A stretch of DNA of 64,000 nucleotides from Macrostomum hystrix. Its lineage: Eukaryota > Animalia > Platyhelminthes. The notes under the pieces are model-generated. The model was given only the letters and a program-made list of their open reading frames with translations. It was not told where the DNA came from and did not search any database. Positions 1 to 9,212 of this stretch are shown here, piece by piece; within the stretch, counting starts at the first letter, position 1; every line of letters begins with the position of its first letter. The stretch is from assembly GCA_950097015.1 (NCBI GenBank), contig CATNEN010000007.1, forward strand, positions 5,022,001 to 5,086,000. The letters run 5' to 3'. A program made the position numbers and the translations under genes.

Positions 1-643
1 TATGAAGCATTTGTTTCAAGTATGATAGCAACAGGACAATATGTGAACCATTTGAGTTCATAAATCACAATAAATAAACATCTAATCTTTAGTTATTGTG
101 GACTGCATCGCAGTTTCCTTCGTATGCTCATGGAGTATATGTTAATCTAGTTTTACAATCCACTCACTTCAGCCAGTTCAGCAAGCTCTGCAACTCAGAA
201 ACGCCACAATGTATTAAAATATTTTCTCAAAAGTGCTTAAATATGCATCCTGAAGAGCTCTGTCATGAAGCAAAGAACTATTCATACAAACAAAACATAC
301 ACTTTGTTTGTATGAATTTCGTCTATTTTTGGGTTAGGTGGACCTCGGCGATGTGGTTTAGGTGGGCGGAGTAAAAGGTCCTTGTAAACAACAATACTCA
401 TTACTTAAAATCTAAACTACTTTAAGTAGAGGGACGTTGACCACTGCAATGGCTGCCTTTTAGACTATGCACTCGGTCAAGCTAACCCCCCTCTGTACTT
501 TCCATTAAAGAAATATGAAGTGGTCCACTTAAATGGTCCATGCAATCGAAAGGTCCCGCTAACGAGGCTTTTAAACCGACGAAGAGTCTACACAAACACA
601 CACACTAACACAGACAGACAGACGGCCGCCCGTATCTCCGCAG

Positions 644-916
644 ATAATCGGGCGCAACATCGGCATGGCCACCCATGCCAACAAGGACGGCAATCCAATC
701 CTGAGTCGGCAGGCCCTGCTTGTCAGCGCCCACGAGCTCGGCCACAACATGGGCTCTGAGCACGACCCGTTGGCGGACGACCAGCCCAACCCGTGCAGCC
801 CGTCCTGGTCAGCTGGCGGTCCCTACCTCATGTACCAGATTGCGGTCACTGGCAATGCGCCGCACCACAGCCAGTTCTCAGAATGCAGCAGGAAGCAGAT
901 CGCCTTGGTGATCAAG
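644..916 (+). CDS. ADAM17: ADAM17/TACE-like metalloprotease, catalytic-domain exon (gene starts upstream of window)
   Basis: Encodes ILSRQALLVSAHELGHNMGSEHD (HExxHxxGxxHD zinc motif) and YLMYQIAVTG (Met-turn), matching ADAM17 [23 protein letters not shown] and YVMYPIAVSG. Acceptor cag at 641-643 (an in-frame alternative exists at 611-613); donor gtgagt at 917; phase 0. Confidence 0.9.
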
Positions 917-966
917 GTGAGTGGGCGGAACGAATCAGAAGGATCAGGGTTTTCCGACCAATCAGA

Positions 967-1190
967 AAGCGTGGTCTAACGCATTTGCCTTATGCACTAA
1001 AGTCCCTGAGCTAGATTACGAAGCGAGACCAGATTTATTTGGCGCGCAGCCGTGGAGAGAAGTCTTTGGGGGCTTGTCGTGCAATTTACGCCTTTGAGGG
1101 CTAACCTCCAAGACACTGAAAGTGTACACTGCCTGACAATGAGAAAGTCAGGGCAGATGTACACACCTGTGAGTGTGTGCCTGCGCGTAC
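967..1190 (+). mobile_element. tRNA-derived SINE family B, diverged copy in ADAM17 intron
   Basis: Aligns by eye over ~200 bp, at roughly 75-80% identity, with 40905-41110 (e.g. gtccctgagct, atttattt, gggggcttgtcgtg, tgaaagtgtacac, tgagaaagtcagg). Confidence 0.75.
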
Positions 1191-1257
1191 AGTATCTGCG
1201 TAACCTGCTAAGTAAGGAGTATTTAGCAGGTGTAACTAGCAATGTTCATTTTCGTAG

Positions 1258-1604
1258 GCCCGCCAGCTCAGCAACTGCTTCCGAGAGCCGCGCAACAGCA
1301 GCCTGTGCGGCAACTACAAGCTGGAGGAGGGCGAGCAGTGCGACCCCGGGCCTGTGGAGGACCTCTGCTGCACCTCCGGGGGCTGCAGGCTGAAGCCTGG
1401 CGCTGTCTGCAGCGATGCTAACTCGCCCTGCTGCAACAACTGTCAGTTCGCCAGTCCCAGCGTCCTCTGCCTGCGAAATTCGCCGCTGAATCCCTGCCAG
1501 CAGGACACCAACTGCACCGGCCGCAGCGCCGACTGCCCGAAGCCGGCCAACGCCGCCGATGGAACCACCTGCCAGTTTAATGTTGGGATCTGCGCAGCTG
1601 GGCG
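1258..1604 (+). CDS. ADAM17: ADAM17-like disintegrin-domain exon
   Basis: ARQLSNCFREPRNSSLCGNYKLEEGEQCDPG...CSDANSPCCNNCQF, a Cys-rich disintegrin pattern. Acceptor tag ending 1257, donor gt 1605; phase 0 in, phase 2 out. Confidence 0.92.
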
Positions 1605-1733
1605 GTGAGAAATTTACGATTTCTGAATGCTTTTTAATTGACAATTTGGGGCTTTTCAAACTTCCAGTGGTAAGAATTCGGTTTTATCAATGAGTCTAAG
1701 GCACCCTATTCCCTAGAGTTCGAATCTTAAGCA

Positions 1734-2673
1734 CACTATTCCCTACCTTAGGGACACCTTATTCCCTAACTTATGGACACCTTATTCCCTACCTAAGGGA
1801 CACCTTATTCCCTAACTTATGGACACCTTATTCCCTACCTAAGGGACACCTTATTCCCTACCTTATGGACACCTTATTCCCTACTTTATGGACACCTTAT
1901 TCCCTACCTAAGGGACACCTTATTCCCTACCTTATGGACACCTTATTCCCTACCTAAGGGACACCTTATTCCCTACCTTATGGACACCTTATTCCCTACC
2001 TTATGGACACCTTATTCCCTACCTTATGGACACCTTATTCCCCTACCTTATGGACACCTTATTCCCTACTTTATGGACACCTTATTCCCTACCTAAGGGA
2101 CACCTTATTCCCTACCTTATGGACACCTTATTCCCCTACCTTATGGACACCTTATTCCCTACTTTATGGACACCTTATTCCCTACCTAAGGGACACCTTA
2201 TTCCCTAACTTATGGACACCTTATTCCCTACCTAAGGGACACCTTATTCCCTACCTTATGGACACCTTATTCCCCTACCTTATGGACACCTTATTCCCTA
2301 CTTTATGGACACCTTATTCCCTACCTAAGGGACACCTTATTCCCTACCTTATGGACACCTTATTCCCCTACCTTATGGACACCTTATTCCCTACTTTATG
2401 GACACCTTATTCCCTACCTAAGGGACACCTTATTCCCTAACTTATGGACACCTTATTCCCTACCTAAGGGACACCTTATTCCCTACCTTATGGACACCTT
2501 ATTCCCCTACATTATGGACACCTTATTCCCTACTTTAGGGACACCTTATTCCCCTACTTTATGGACACCTTATTCCCCTACTTTATGGACACCTTATTCC
2601 CTACCTTATGCACACCTTATTCCCTACCTTATGCACACCTTATTCCCTACCTAAGGGACACCTTATTCCCTAC
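1734..2673. repeat. 23-bp minisatellite (GGACACCTTATTCCCTACCTTAT)n in ADAM17 intron
   Basis: ~40 tandem copies with TAAG/TTAT variants. Confidence 0.95.
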
Positions 2674-2793
2674 CACTTTAGTTCAATCATGGCTGTAAAA
2701 TGAGTCTTAGAATTGTTGGGGTAGACATTCGATTGTGTGCAACCGCCTTTTCCATCAAAAACATAAAAAACTGGCACCTTTGATTCGCCACAG

Positions 2794-3071
2794 CTGCGAG
2801 TCGGTCTGCTCCAGCCTCAAAGGAGGATTCGAGCCCTGCGCCTGCGACTCCGATGAGCAGGCCTGCCTGGTCTGCTGCCGCCAGCCCGGCGGAAACTGCA
2901 CCGTCTACCGGGAGCCCAGCAACGGCACGACCGTCGTCATGCCGCCCAATCAGCCCTGCAGCCGCGGCCGCTGCCTCGAAAACGGCACCTGCCAGGAGCT
3001 GCGCCTTGGCAGCGGACAGCTCATTGTCCGACTCTGGGATCTCATTGTACAGTCCGGCAGCAACTCTGTTG
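2794..3071 (+). CDS. ADAM17: ADAM17-like membrane-proximal domain and CANDIS-like stalk exon
   Basis: CESVC...CACDSDEQACLVCCRQ (CxxC equivalent of ADAM17 CKVC) and IVRLWDLIVQ (cf. ADAM17 RFWDFIDQ). Acceptor cag ending 2793, donor gtcagc 3072; phases match both neighbours. Confidence 0.88.
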
Positions 3072-3242
3072 GTCAGCACTGCCTCCGTTTTTAATGCGAC
3101 CCGCTTATCCCATTTTTATCCTCTTAGATTCCCATCCAATCAGATTTATCCCATTTTTATCCTCTTAGATTCTCATCCAATCAGATTTATCCCATTTATA
3201 ATTTTATATTTATTAATCTCACATTATGCATCAATTTTTCAG

Positions 3243-3331
3243 CCACATTCCTGTGGAAGAACATTGTTCTGACCGTGGTCAGCCTCTCGCTGCTGCTTTG
3301 GCTACCGGCATCGCTGATTATTGCCTATCAG
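3243..3331 (+). CDS. ADAM17: ADAM17-like transmembrane exon
   Basis: ATFLWKNIVLTVVSLSLLLWLPASLIIAYQ (cf. ADAM17 [25 protein letters not shown]). Acceptor tttttcag ending 3242; donor gtaagt 3332. Confidence 0.88.
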
Positions 3332-3412
3332 GTAAGTAATGGTTATCTACGAGCCGTACATAAAAGAATTGGAATTAGTTATCAAGTGCCCAAACCGCTT
3401 CAAACGTTGCAG

Positions 3413-3451
3413 GACCGACTGGACGCCAAGAAACTGCGACTACAGCTCTAG
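3413..3451 (+). CDS. ADAM17: ADAM17-like terminal exon with very short cytoplasmic tail
   Basis: Acceptor ttgcag ending 3412; DRLDAKKLRLQL then TAG (cf. DKKLDK); AATAAA at 3528-3533. Confidence 0.78.
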   Translation, partial: DRLDAKKLRLQL

Positions 3452-3527
3452 CAGATTGGCTGTCAGTAGTACATGACGGAAATGGCCAGTGTTTTTTATG
3501 TTGGCAGTTTTGTTACGAGTTTCAGTA

Positions 3528-3533
3528 AATAAA
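3528..3533 (+). terminator. Putative polyadenylation signal of the ADAM17-like gene
   Basis: AATAAA 77 nt after the stop codon, following a T-rich UTR. Confidence 0.55.
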
Positions 3534-3857
3534 TCACTTTTGCTAAAACAATCTATGCATCTTATCCGGAATTTTATCTGGCTTACTATGAGTAGGCAGT
3601 GCGGAGTGCGATTTCATTAATTGATTTTTGTGCGCGTCTTTCACTATCCTATAAACCATGCTCACTATGCATGATGAAGCATATACTGTACGGCTGATAG
3701 CAAACTTTGCAACCGTTTTTGCTCTTTCTCTTGTTTTTGCTAACCCAGATTGCATTCTACAGTTTGGCTTCTAGATATTAAATTCGATCGTACAATATTG
3801 GAAGCAATCGTCAAGAAATATTGAAAATCTCATATTCAAGCCGGTCCTTCAGGGCCG

Positions 3858-4311
3858 ACCAATCCCTCCCTGAACATTCAGTTGGTCTCCAATCCCTCGC
3901 TGAACATTCAGTTGGTCTCCAATCCCTCGCTGAACATTCAGTTGGTCTCCAATCCCTCCCTGAACATTCAGTTGGTCACCAATCCCTCGCTGAACATTCA
4001 GTTGGTCTCCAATCCCTCCCTGAACATTCAGTTGGTCTCCAATCCCTCCCTGAACATTCGGTTGGTCTCCAATCCCTCCCTGAACATTCAGTTGGTCTCC
4101 AATCCCTCCCTGAACATTCAGTTGGTCTCCAATCCCTCCCTGAACATTCAGTTGGTCACCAATCCCTCCCTGAACATTCAGTTGGTCTCCAATTCCTCCC
4201 TGAACATTCAGTTGGTCTCCAATCCCTCCCTGAACATTCAGTTGGTCTCCAATTCCTCCCTGAACATTCAGTTGGTCTCCAATTCCTCCCTGAACATTCA
4301 GTTGGTCTCCA
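3858..4311. repeat. 30-bp minisatellite (GGTCTCCAATCCCTCCCTGAACATTCAGTT)n
   Basis: ~15 near-identical copies. Confidence 0.95.
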
Positions 4312-4550
4312 AGTCCAGCATTGTCCTATATTGTCTTCAGTCAGGCAATAATTTTGATCATTAGATGTGAAATGCAGGTTATTGTCGCTCTGTTCCAATA
4401 TCTGAAAACATTGATGCACAAATAGACATTTATAATTCAGGAAACTGTTTGCAGTGAGTAGGACTTGTTGTAGCTTACACTTCAAATAATTACGAGTATG
4501 TTCCGCGGCGTTTCATTTTTACTGGTTTGATTTTTTTATCAATGTGACTG

Positions 4551-5141
4551 GGTCAGAGGTGCAGGGACGAGACTGAGGCAGAGATGCAAGGACGAGACTG
4601 AGGCAGAGGTGCAGGGACGAGACTGAGGCAGAGGTGCAAGGACGAGACTGGGACAGAGATGCAAGGACGAGACTGTGGCAGAGGTGCAGGGACGAGACTG
4701 AGGCAGAGGTGCAGGGAGGAGACTTAGGCAGAGGTGCAGGGACGAGACTGAGGCAGAGGTGCAGGGACGAGACTGAGGCAGAGGTGCAAGGACGAGACTG
4801 GGACAGAGATGCAAGGACGAGACTGTGGCAGAGGTGCAGGGACGAGACTGAGGCAGAGGTGCAGGGAGGAGACTTAGGCAGAGGTGCAGGGACGAGACTG
4901 AGGCAGAGGTGCAGGGACGAGACTGAGGCAGAGGTGCAAGGACGAGACTGGGGCAGAGGTGCAGGGACGAGACTGAGGCAGAGGTGCAAGGACGAGACTG
5001 GGGCAGAGATGCAAGGAGGAGACTGTGGCAGAGGTGCAGGGACGAGACTGAGGCAGAGGTGCAGGGACGAGACTGAGGCAGAGGTGCAGGGAGGAGACTG
5101 AGGCAGAGGTGCAGGGACGAGACTGTGGCAGAGGCAGAGGC
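4551..5141. repeat. 25-bp minisatellite (GCAGAGGTGCAGGGACGAGACTGAG)n
   Basis: ~23 copies; a 150-bp higher-order duplication is visible (4651 vs 4801). Confidence 0.95.
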
Positions 5142-5305
5142 ACGATGATGCAGGGAAAAGACTAGGGCATGGATGAATTATCTATTATAGTATGGCTCGA
5201 AGCAATCAATGGAAAAACAGAATCATATAATCGCAGGTTTGTCACAACACACAGACGCAATATTGGAGGTTTATCTATATATTCTGTGTCACAATTTTAA
5301 ATCGC

Positions 5306-5311
5306 TTTATT
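5306..5311 (-). terminator. Candidate polyadenylation signal of Lhx3/4
   Basis: TTTATT on + (AATAAA on -) ~700 nt past the stop in AT-rich UTR-like sequence. Confidence 0.4.
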
Positions 5312-6002
5312 TGTGTAACGAACGCAGAAAAGTTTGTGTTTAAATATATTTTTACATGTATTGCTTTGGAGAAGAACAAGCTGGATTGCATTCAATTGTG
5401 TTCTTTTCGTCCTGATATTTTTGGTAAAACGTAAATAAACAAGACAATACTCGTAGCATTTTTTTCTCGAAACGAAAACAAAAACACAAAAGTTGCGAAT
5501 CTTGACGATGTGGTTGTGAAAACTTTCTGCTTTCTGGCCAAGCAAAAGGGGGGCATGCTCTGAACTAAAACATACTCGTATTTTGATAAAGCGACGGCAG
5601 TGCATTTGTGCTGTTGGAATAGTGCTACTTATAGTACGTGGAGAAGCGACTGTTTCCATAGATATGAAGCTATTTCAGTTTTTTGCCTACTGTCAGTAGT
5701 GTGCAGTACACATACGCATACTAATACTTGTGCTAAAACGGAAACACTAGCTGGAAAACAGAACCAAGTGGTCGATAAGTCAAAAGAACTGGTGCAGTGC
5801 AATCGGTAGTGCAAGACACTGAAACTACAATTCTTACAGAAACATTCAATGCAGAGCATTAGTAGTGACGATTGGACCACACTCATATGGCTCTAAGCGC
5901 TTTTAGACTTGTAGAAGAAGGTTGAGTCTAGAGCAGTGCGTATTATCCTGTCTCTATGATCGCAACTCATCACAGACTCATCTGTACTCAACCCGCCGAG
6001 TC

Positions 6003-6355
6003 TCAGTATACCTCCACATGGCTGCCTCCACCGTAGCCATTTTCGGACGAGCCATCCGCACCTAGAAACTGCTGCTGCTGCTGCTGCCCTGGCTGCGGCT
6101 GTTGCGAGAGAAGCGGCGGCGGAGGACCCCCCGCTAGAAATGTTCCGCCAGACAGCGGCATCGGCGGAGGCGGTGGCGCCCAGGCCAGGCCGGCCGCAGC
6201 TGCAGCAGCCGCCGCGGCGGCCGCAGCAGACATGGACGAAGCTGACGACGACGATGGGACACAGGCGGCTGACACGCCCGGCGTGAGCTCCAGAAGCGTC
6301 GCGGGAGCGTTGCCACCGTTGCCATAGTGATACTCGGAGCCCGAGTCCAGATCAC
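6003..6355 (-). CDS. Lhx3/4: Lhx3/4 terminal exon (polyA/polyP/polyQ low-complexity C-terminus)
   Basis: Acceptor atcag ending 6356; in-frame SDLDSGSEYHYG...GGGSHVEVY then TGA. Total CDS 1224 nt, 407 aa. Confidence 0.8.
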
Positions 6356-6409
6356 CTGATTTTATTGGTTCGCAGGGAGAATTATTGAATCGACAGACTA
6401 CTCAGGACA

Positions 6410-6984
6410 AGGGATGAGTGGGTCAGCGGCTAACGTCGCTGCCTCGCACTCCAATGGACGCTAGTTCGATTTACACTTCAAGTCACGATTAATTTCGGGG
6501 CTTGTTGGGGGGTATGGACAGTAGCGACCGGCGGAGGTGCACCATATTTCGTGCAATCAAAGCTTGAAATAATAGCTTCGCTCCTACCTTCTGTGTGCCT
6601 GTTCTGCGTTGCGTGAGTTGTGTGCGTTGGTGCTGGGGCGTGAGACCTTGCGGGGGGTGGCTGGAGGGCGGGTGTACACCGCTGCGCACTTTCTTGATTT
6701 CCGTCAGCGCGATTGGATAAGTGTACACTCATCACCCGCCCCCCCTGAGGACTGATTTCTTATCAGCCTTCCTGCTATGTGCGTGTGGGGCTGGGTTGGG
6801 GGGGCACTGCTGCCTATTCTGGGTGCCTCCTACCCTCCCCGGCTGGTCTGTGCTACTGTGTGTGGTGCCTGCTCAGGGGAGGCGGCGCGATGGGCGCAAA
6901 AGTGCCTAGTTCGCCGGTCTGGGGGCGTGCCGCTCCGTCGCTTGTGCGACAAGTGCCCCGGGCCCCCCTGCAAAATAGATAGAT
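6410..6984 (+). mobile_element. tRNA-derived SINE (~575 bp), antisense in Lhx3/4 intron 4
   Basis: Perfect 15-bp TSD AGACTACTCAGGACA (6395-6409 and 6985-6999); A-box-like TGGGTCAGCGG, B-box-like GTTCGATT; (ATAG)n tail at ~6974-6984. Confidence 0.85.
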
Positions 6985-7041
6985 AGACTACTCAGGACAG
7001 TAGCGTGTAGGGACATGAAATGTTGTCGAACTCGGACTCAC

Positions 7042-7199
7042 TCTGGTAGGACATGTCCTGCGGGTCGTTGCTGATTTGGTCGTCGCTGCCGATGTCGCTT
7101 TCGCCAGCTCCCTTGCCGGGACTCTTGCCGCCGACGCCGCGAAAGTAGGGGCTCCAGCGCTGCCTGCCGGCGTCCTTCTTCAGGCGCTTCTCCTTGGCC
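7042..7199 (-). CDS. Lhx3/4: Lhx3/4 exon 4 (end of homeodomain and Lhx3-specific segment)
   Basis: RAKEKRLKKDAGRQRWSPYFR, diagnostic of Lhx3/4. Acceptor cag ending 7200; donor gtgagt 7041. Confidence 0.9.
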
Positions 7200-7224
7200 C
7201 TGGCAGGCGGAGATTCGGGGATTA

Positions 7225-7303
7225 CAGGTGAGATTGAGGATTGTGAACAGGTGGGATTGAGGAGTGTGAACAGGTGGGATTGAGGATTGCGAACAGGTGG
7301 GAT
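7225..7303. repeat. 23-bp tandem repeat in Lhx3/4 intron 3
   Basis: CAGGTGGGATTGAGGATTGTGAA x~3.4 (starts 7225, 7248, 7271, 7294). Confidence 0.85.
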
Positions 7304-7329
7304 TTCAACAGCTCGCTAAGCAAACTCAC

Positions 7330-7507
7330 CGTCTGTTCTGAAACCAGACCTGCACCACCCGCATGTCCAGTCCGGTCTCCGAGCTCAGCTGCTCCCGGAT
7401 GTGCCTGGCCGGCTTCGACGACTCGTTGTAGGCGCGCTTCAGCGCCTCCAACTGCTTGGCAGCGATGGTCGTGCGGGGCCGCTTGCTGCCTGACTCCAGC
7501 TCAGCCT
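7330..7507 (-). CDS. Lhx3/4: Lhx3/4 exon 3: homeodomain
   Basis: [59 protein letters not shown], near-identical to the LHX3 homeodomain. Acceptor cag ending 7508 is the phase-compatible one; donor gtgagt 7329. Confidence 0.93.
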
Positions 7508-7561
7508 CTGCCGGTGCGGGGTGGCGTTGGCTGGGCTAGTAAGATTGAACTGCCCTGTTAG

Positions 7562-7660
7562 CCCTCTTCTCTACCTCTCCCATCTCCCTCTTGTCTCCCC
7601 TCTTCCTCTTGTCTTCCCTCTCCCTCTTGTCTCCCCTCTTCCTCTTGTCTCCCGTCTCCC
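7562..7660. repeat. 18-bp CT-rich degenerate repeat in Lhx3/4 intron 2
   Basis: CCCTCTTGTCTCCCCTCT-like units x~5. Confidence 0.75.
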
Positions 7661-7676
7661 CAATCTCCCAGCTCAC

Positions 7677-8048
7677 CCCTGGACTTGGCAGCCTCATAGT
7701 CCATCTTGCACATGAGCTTTTTGTCCTCCAGCAGGTAAAACTCGTCGCCAGTGTTGAGCTGCCTGGCGCAGGTCTGGCAGGAGAAGCAGCCCAGGTGGTA
7801 GACGCAGTCGCCGGCCTTCCTAATCACCTGTGCCGGCGGGATGCCCTCGTTGCAGGCGGCACATTTGGTGCCGAACCGGCGGAAGAAGTCAGTCTTGCAC
7901 AGCAGCAGGCTGTCCTTGGTGAAGCACTTGCTGGTCAGGGGAGCCTTGCAGTCGGCGCAGCGGAGGCAGCGCGAGTGCCAGGACCGCTCCAGGACGCGCA
8001 TGATGACCCGGTCCAGGATGCGCTCGTTGCAGCCACCGCAGAACGGAG
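7677..8048 (-). CDS. Lhx3/4: Lhx3/4 exon 2: both LIM domains
   Basis: [34 protein letters not shown]...[37 protein letters not shown]...[22 protein letters not shown], typical of LHX3/4. Acceptor tag ending 8049, donor gtgagc 7676. Confidence 0.95.
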
Positions 8049-8905
8049 CTACCAGGATTCGTTAAACGTTAAATTTTTATCGTCAGTCGGTAAAATTCTT
8101 CTATAGCAGGAAGGTTGAAGTTCTGGGAAATTTTCTGTTTAGGCAACTGACCCATTGAATTATCCCAAATAGAGGATCAGCATGCGAGCTGATCCGCCTC
8201 CAGAACTGCCACAGCCCCCCCGCCTGCAATGGTCGGCACAGGGATGAGCTGAGCACAAAGGCATTCCGGATGCGGGAGCTCAGCAGATCCCCTAACCGGC
8301 TAGGAAAAAAATAATCCCAAAATGAGCAGCAGCCACCGCGGATAGAGAGACAAATGGATAAAAAAAGTTTTTTCCAGGTAGAAAAGTGGATGGAATGGGA
8401 TAAATTTCCCACCAAAGCCTGACCACTCAGAGAGAGATTGGCTGTCGGAGACTCCCCTTAACGTTGAGGATGAGACAATCCGGCCCTAACTCAATTATCC
8501 CTTTTACAGATCCCGACCTCGCTGGCGCATGACAGCTTCCGAGGGGTTTGGGATAAAAGTGGCTGTAGTTATGGGATCAGAGCCCTTGGCCCCCGAGGCC
8601 GCATCCGCAGCCGACACGCCGCCCGCATGAATATTTTTATTCCCTTTAGTTTTTGCTCGGCCCGGTAGTCTCAGCAGTTTGCAGCACCGGACAATGCCGG
8701 CCAAAGGGGATCTGCTCTGAGGGTCTGACTGGGCCGCTTTGATCAAAGCCAGTTCAGCCGCCTTGCTCACCCGGATGACCTCGGCTACCGGAAACCGCAT
8801 GGATTTGCCACCGGCCCGCCACTCAACCTGCCACCTCCGGGCATCGCCCAGCAATGCCTTTGCAACCCTTCGCATCATGGCATTGCTGCCGGGGACTCGA
8901 CATTG

Positions 8906-9212
8906 GCTGAGGGGTGAAGTATCAGGTTAGCCGAGGGGTGGAGACTCAGGTTAGCTGAGGGGTGGAGACTCAGGTTAGCTGAGGGGTGGAGACTCAGGTT
9001 AGCTGAGGGGTGGAGACTCAGGTTAGCTGAGGGGTGGAGACTCAGGTTAGCTGAGGGGTGGAGACTCAGGTTAGCTGAGGGGTGGAGACTCAGGTTAGCT
9101 GAGGGGTGGAGACTCAGGTTAGCTGAGGGGTGGAGACTCAGGTTAGCTGAGGGGTGGAGACTCAGGTTAGCTGAGGGGTGGAGACTCAGGTTAGCTGAGG
9201 GGTGGAGACTGA
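8906..9212. repeat. 24-bp minisatellite (TCAGGTTAGCTGAGGGGTGGAGAC)n in Lhx3/4 intron 1
   Basis: ~12.5 copies, nearly identical. Confidence 0.95.

Noticed and set aside
1001-1170. H/ACA snoRNA, scaRNA, hammerhead or telomerase-RNA reading of the duplicated element (AGAGAA H-box-like, ACA, UGAG loop, CUGAUGA..GAAA, CUAACC)
   Set aside because: Homology extends upstream into a tRNA-like head, and the other copy has a (TTA)n tail and TSD, so a SINE explains it. The hammerhead core and template-like motif each occur in only one copy, and pocket-to-ACA spacing is inconsistent.
1655-1730. tRNA-like words (CAGTGGTAAGA ... GTTCGAATC) just before the 23-bp array
   Set aside because: No cloverleaf, TSD or tail; too degenerate to call a tRNA or SINE.
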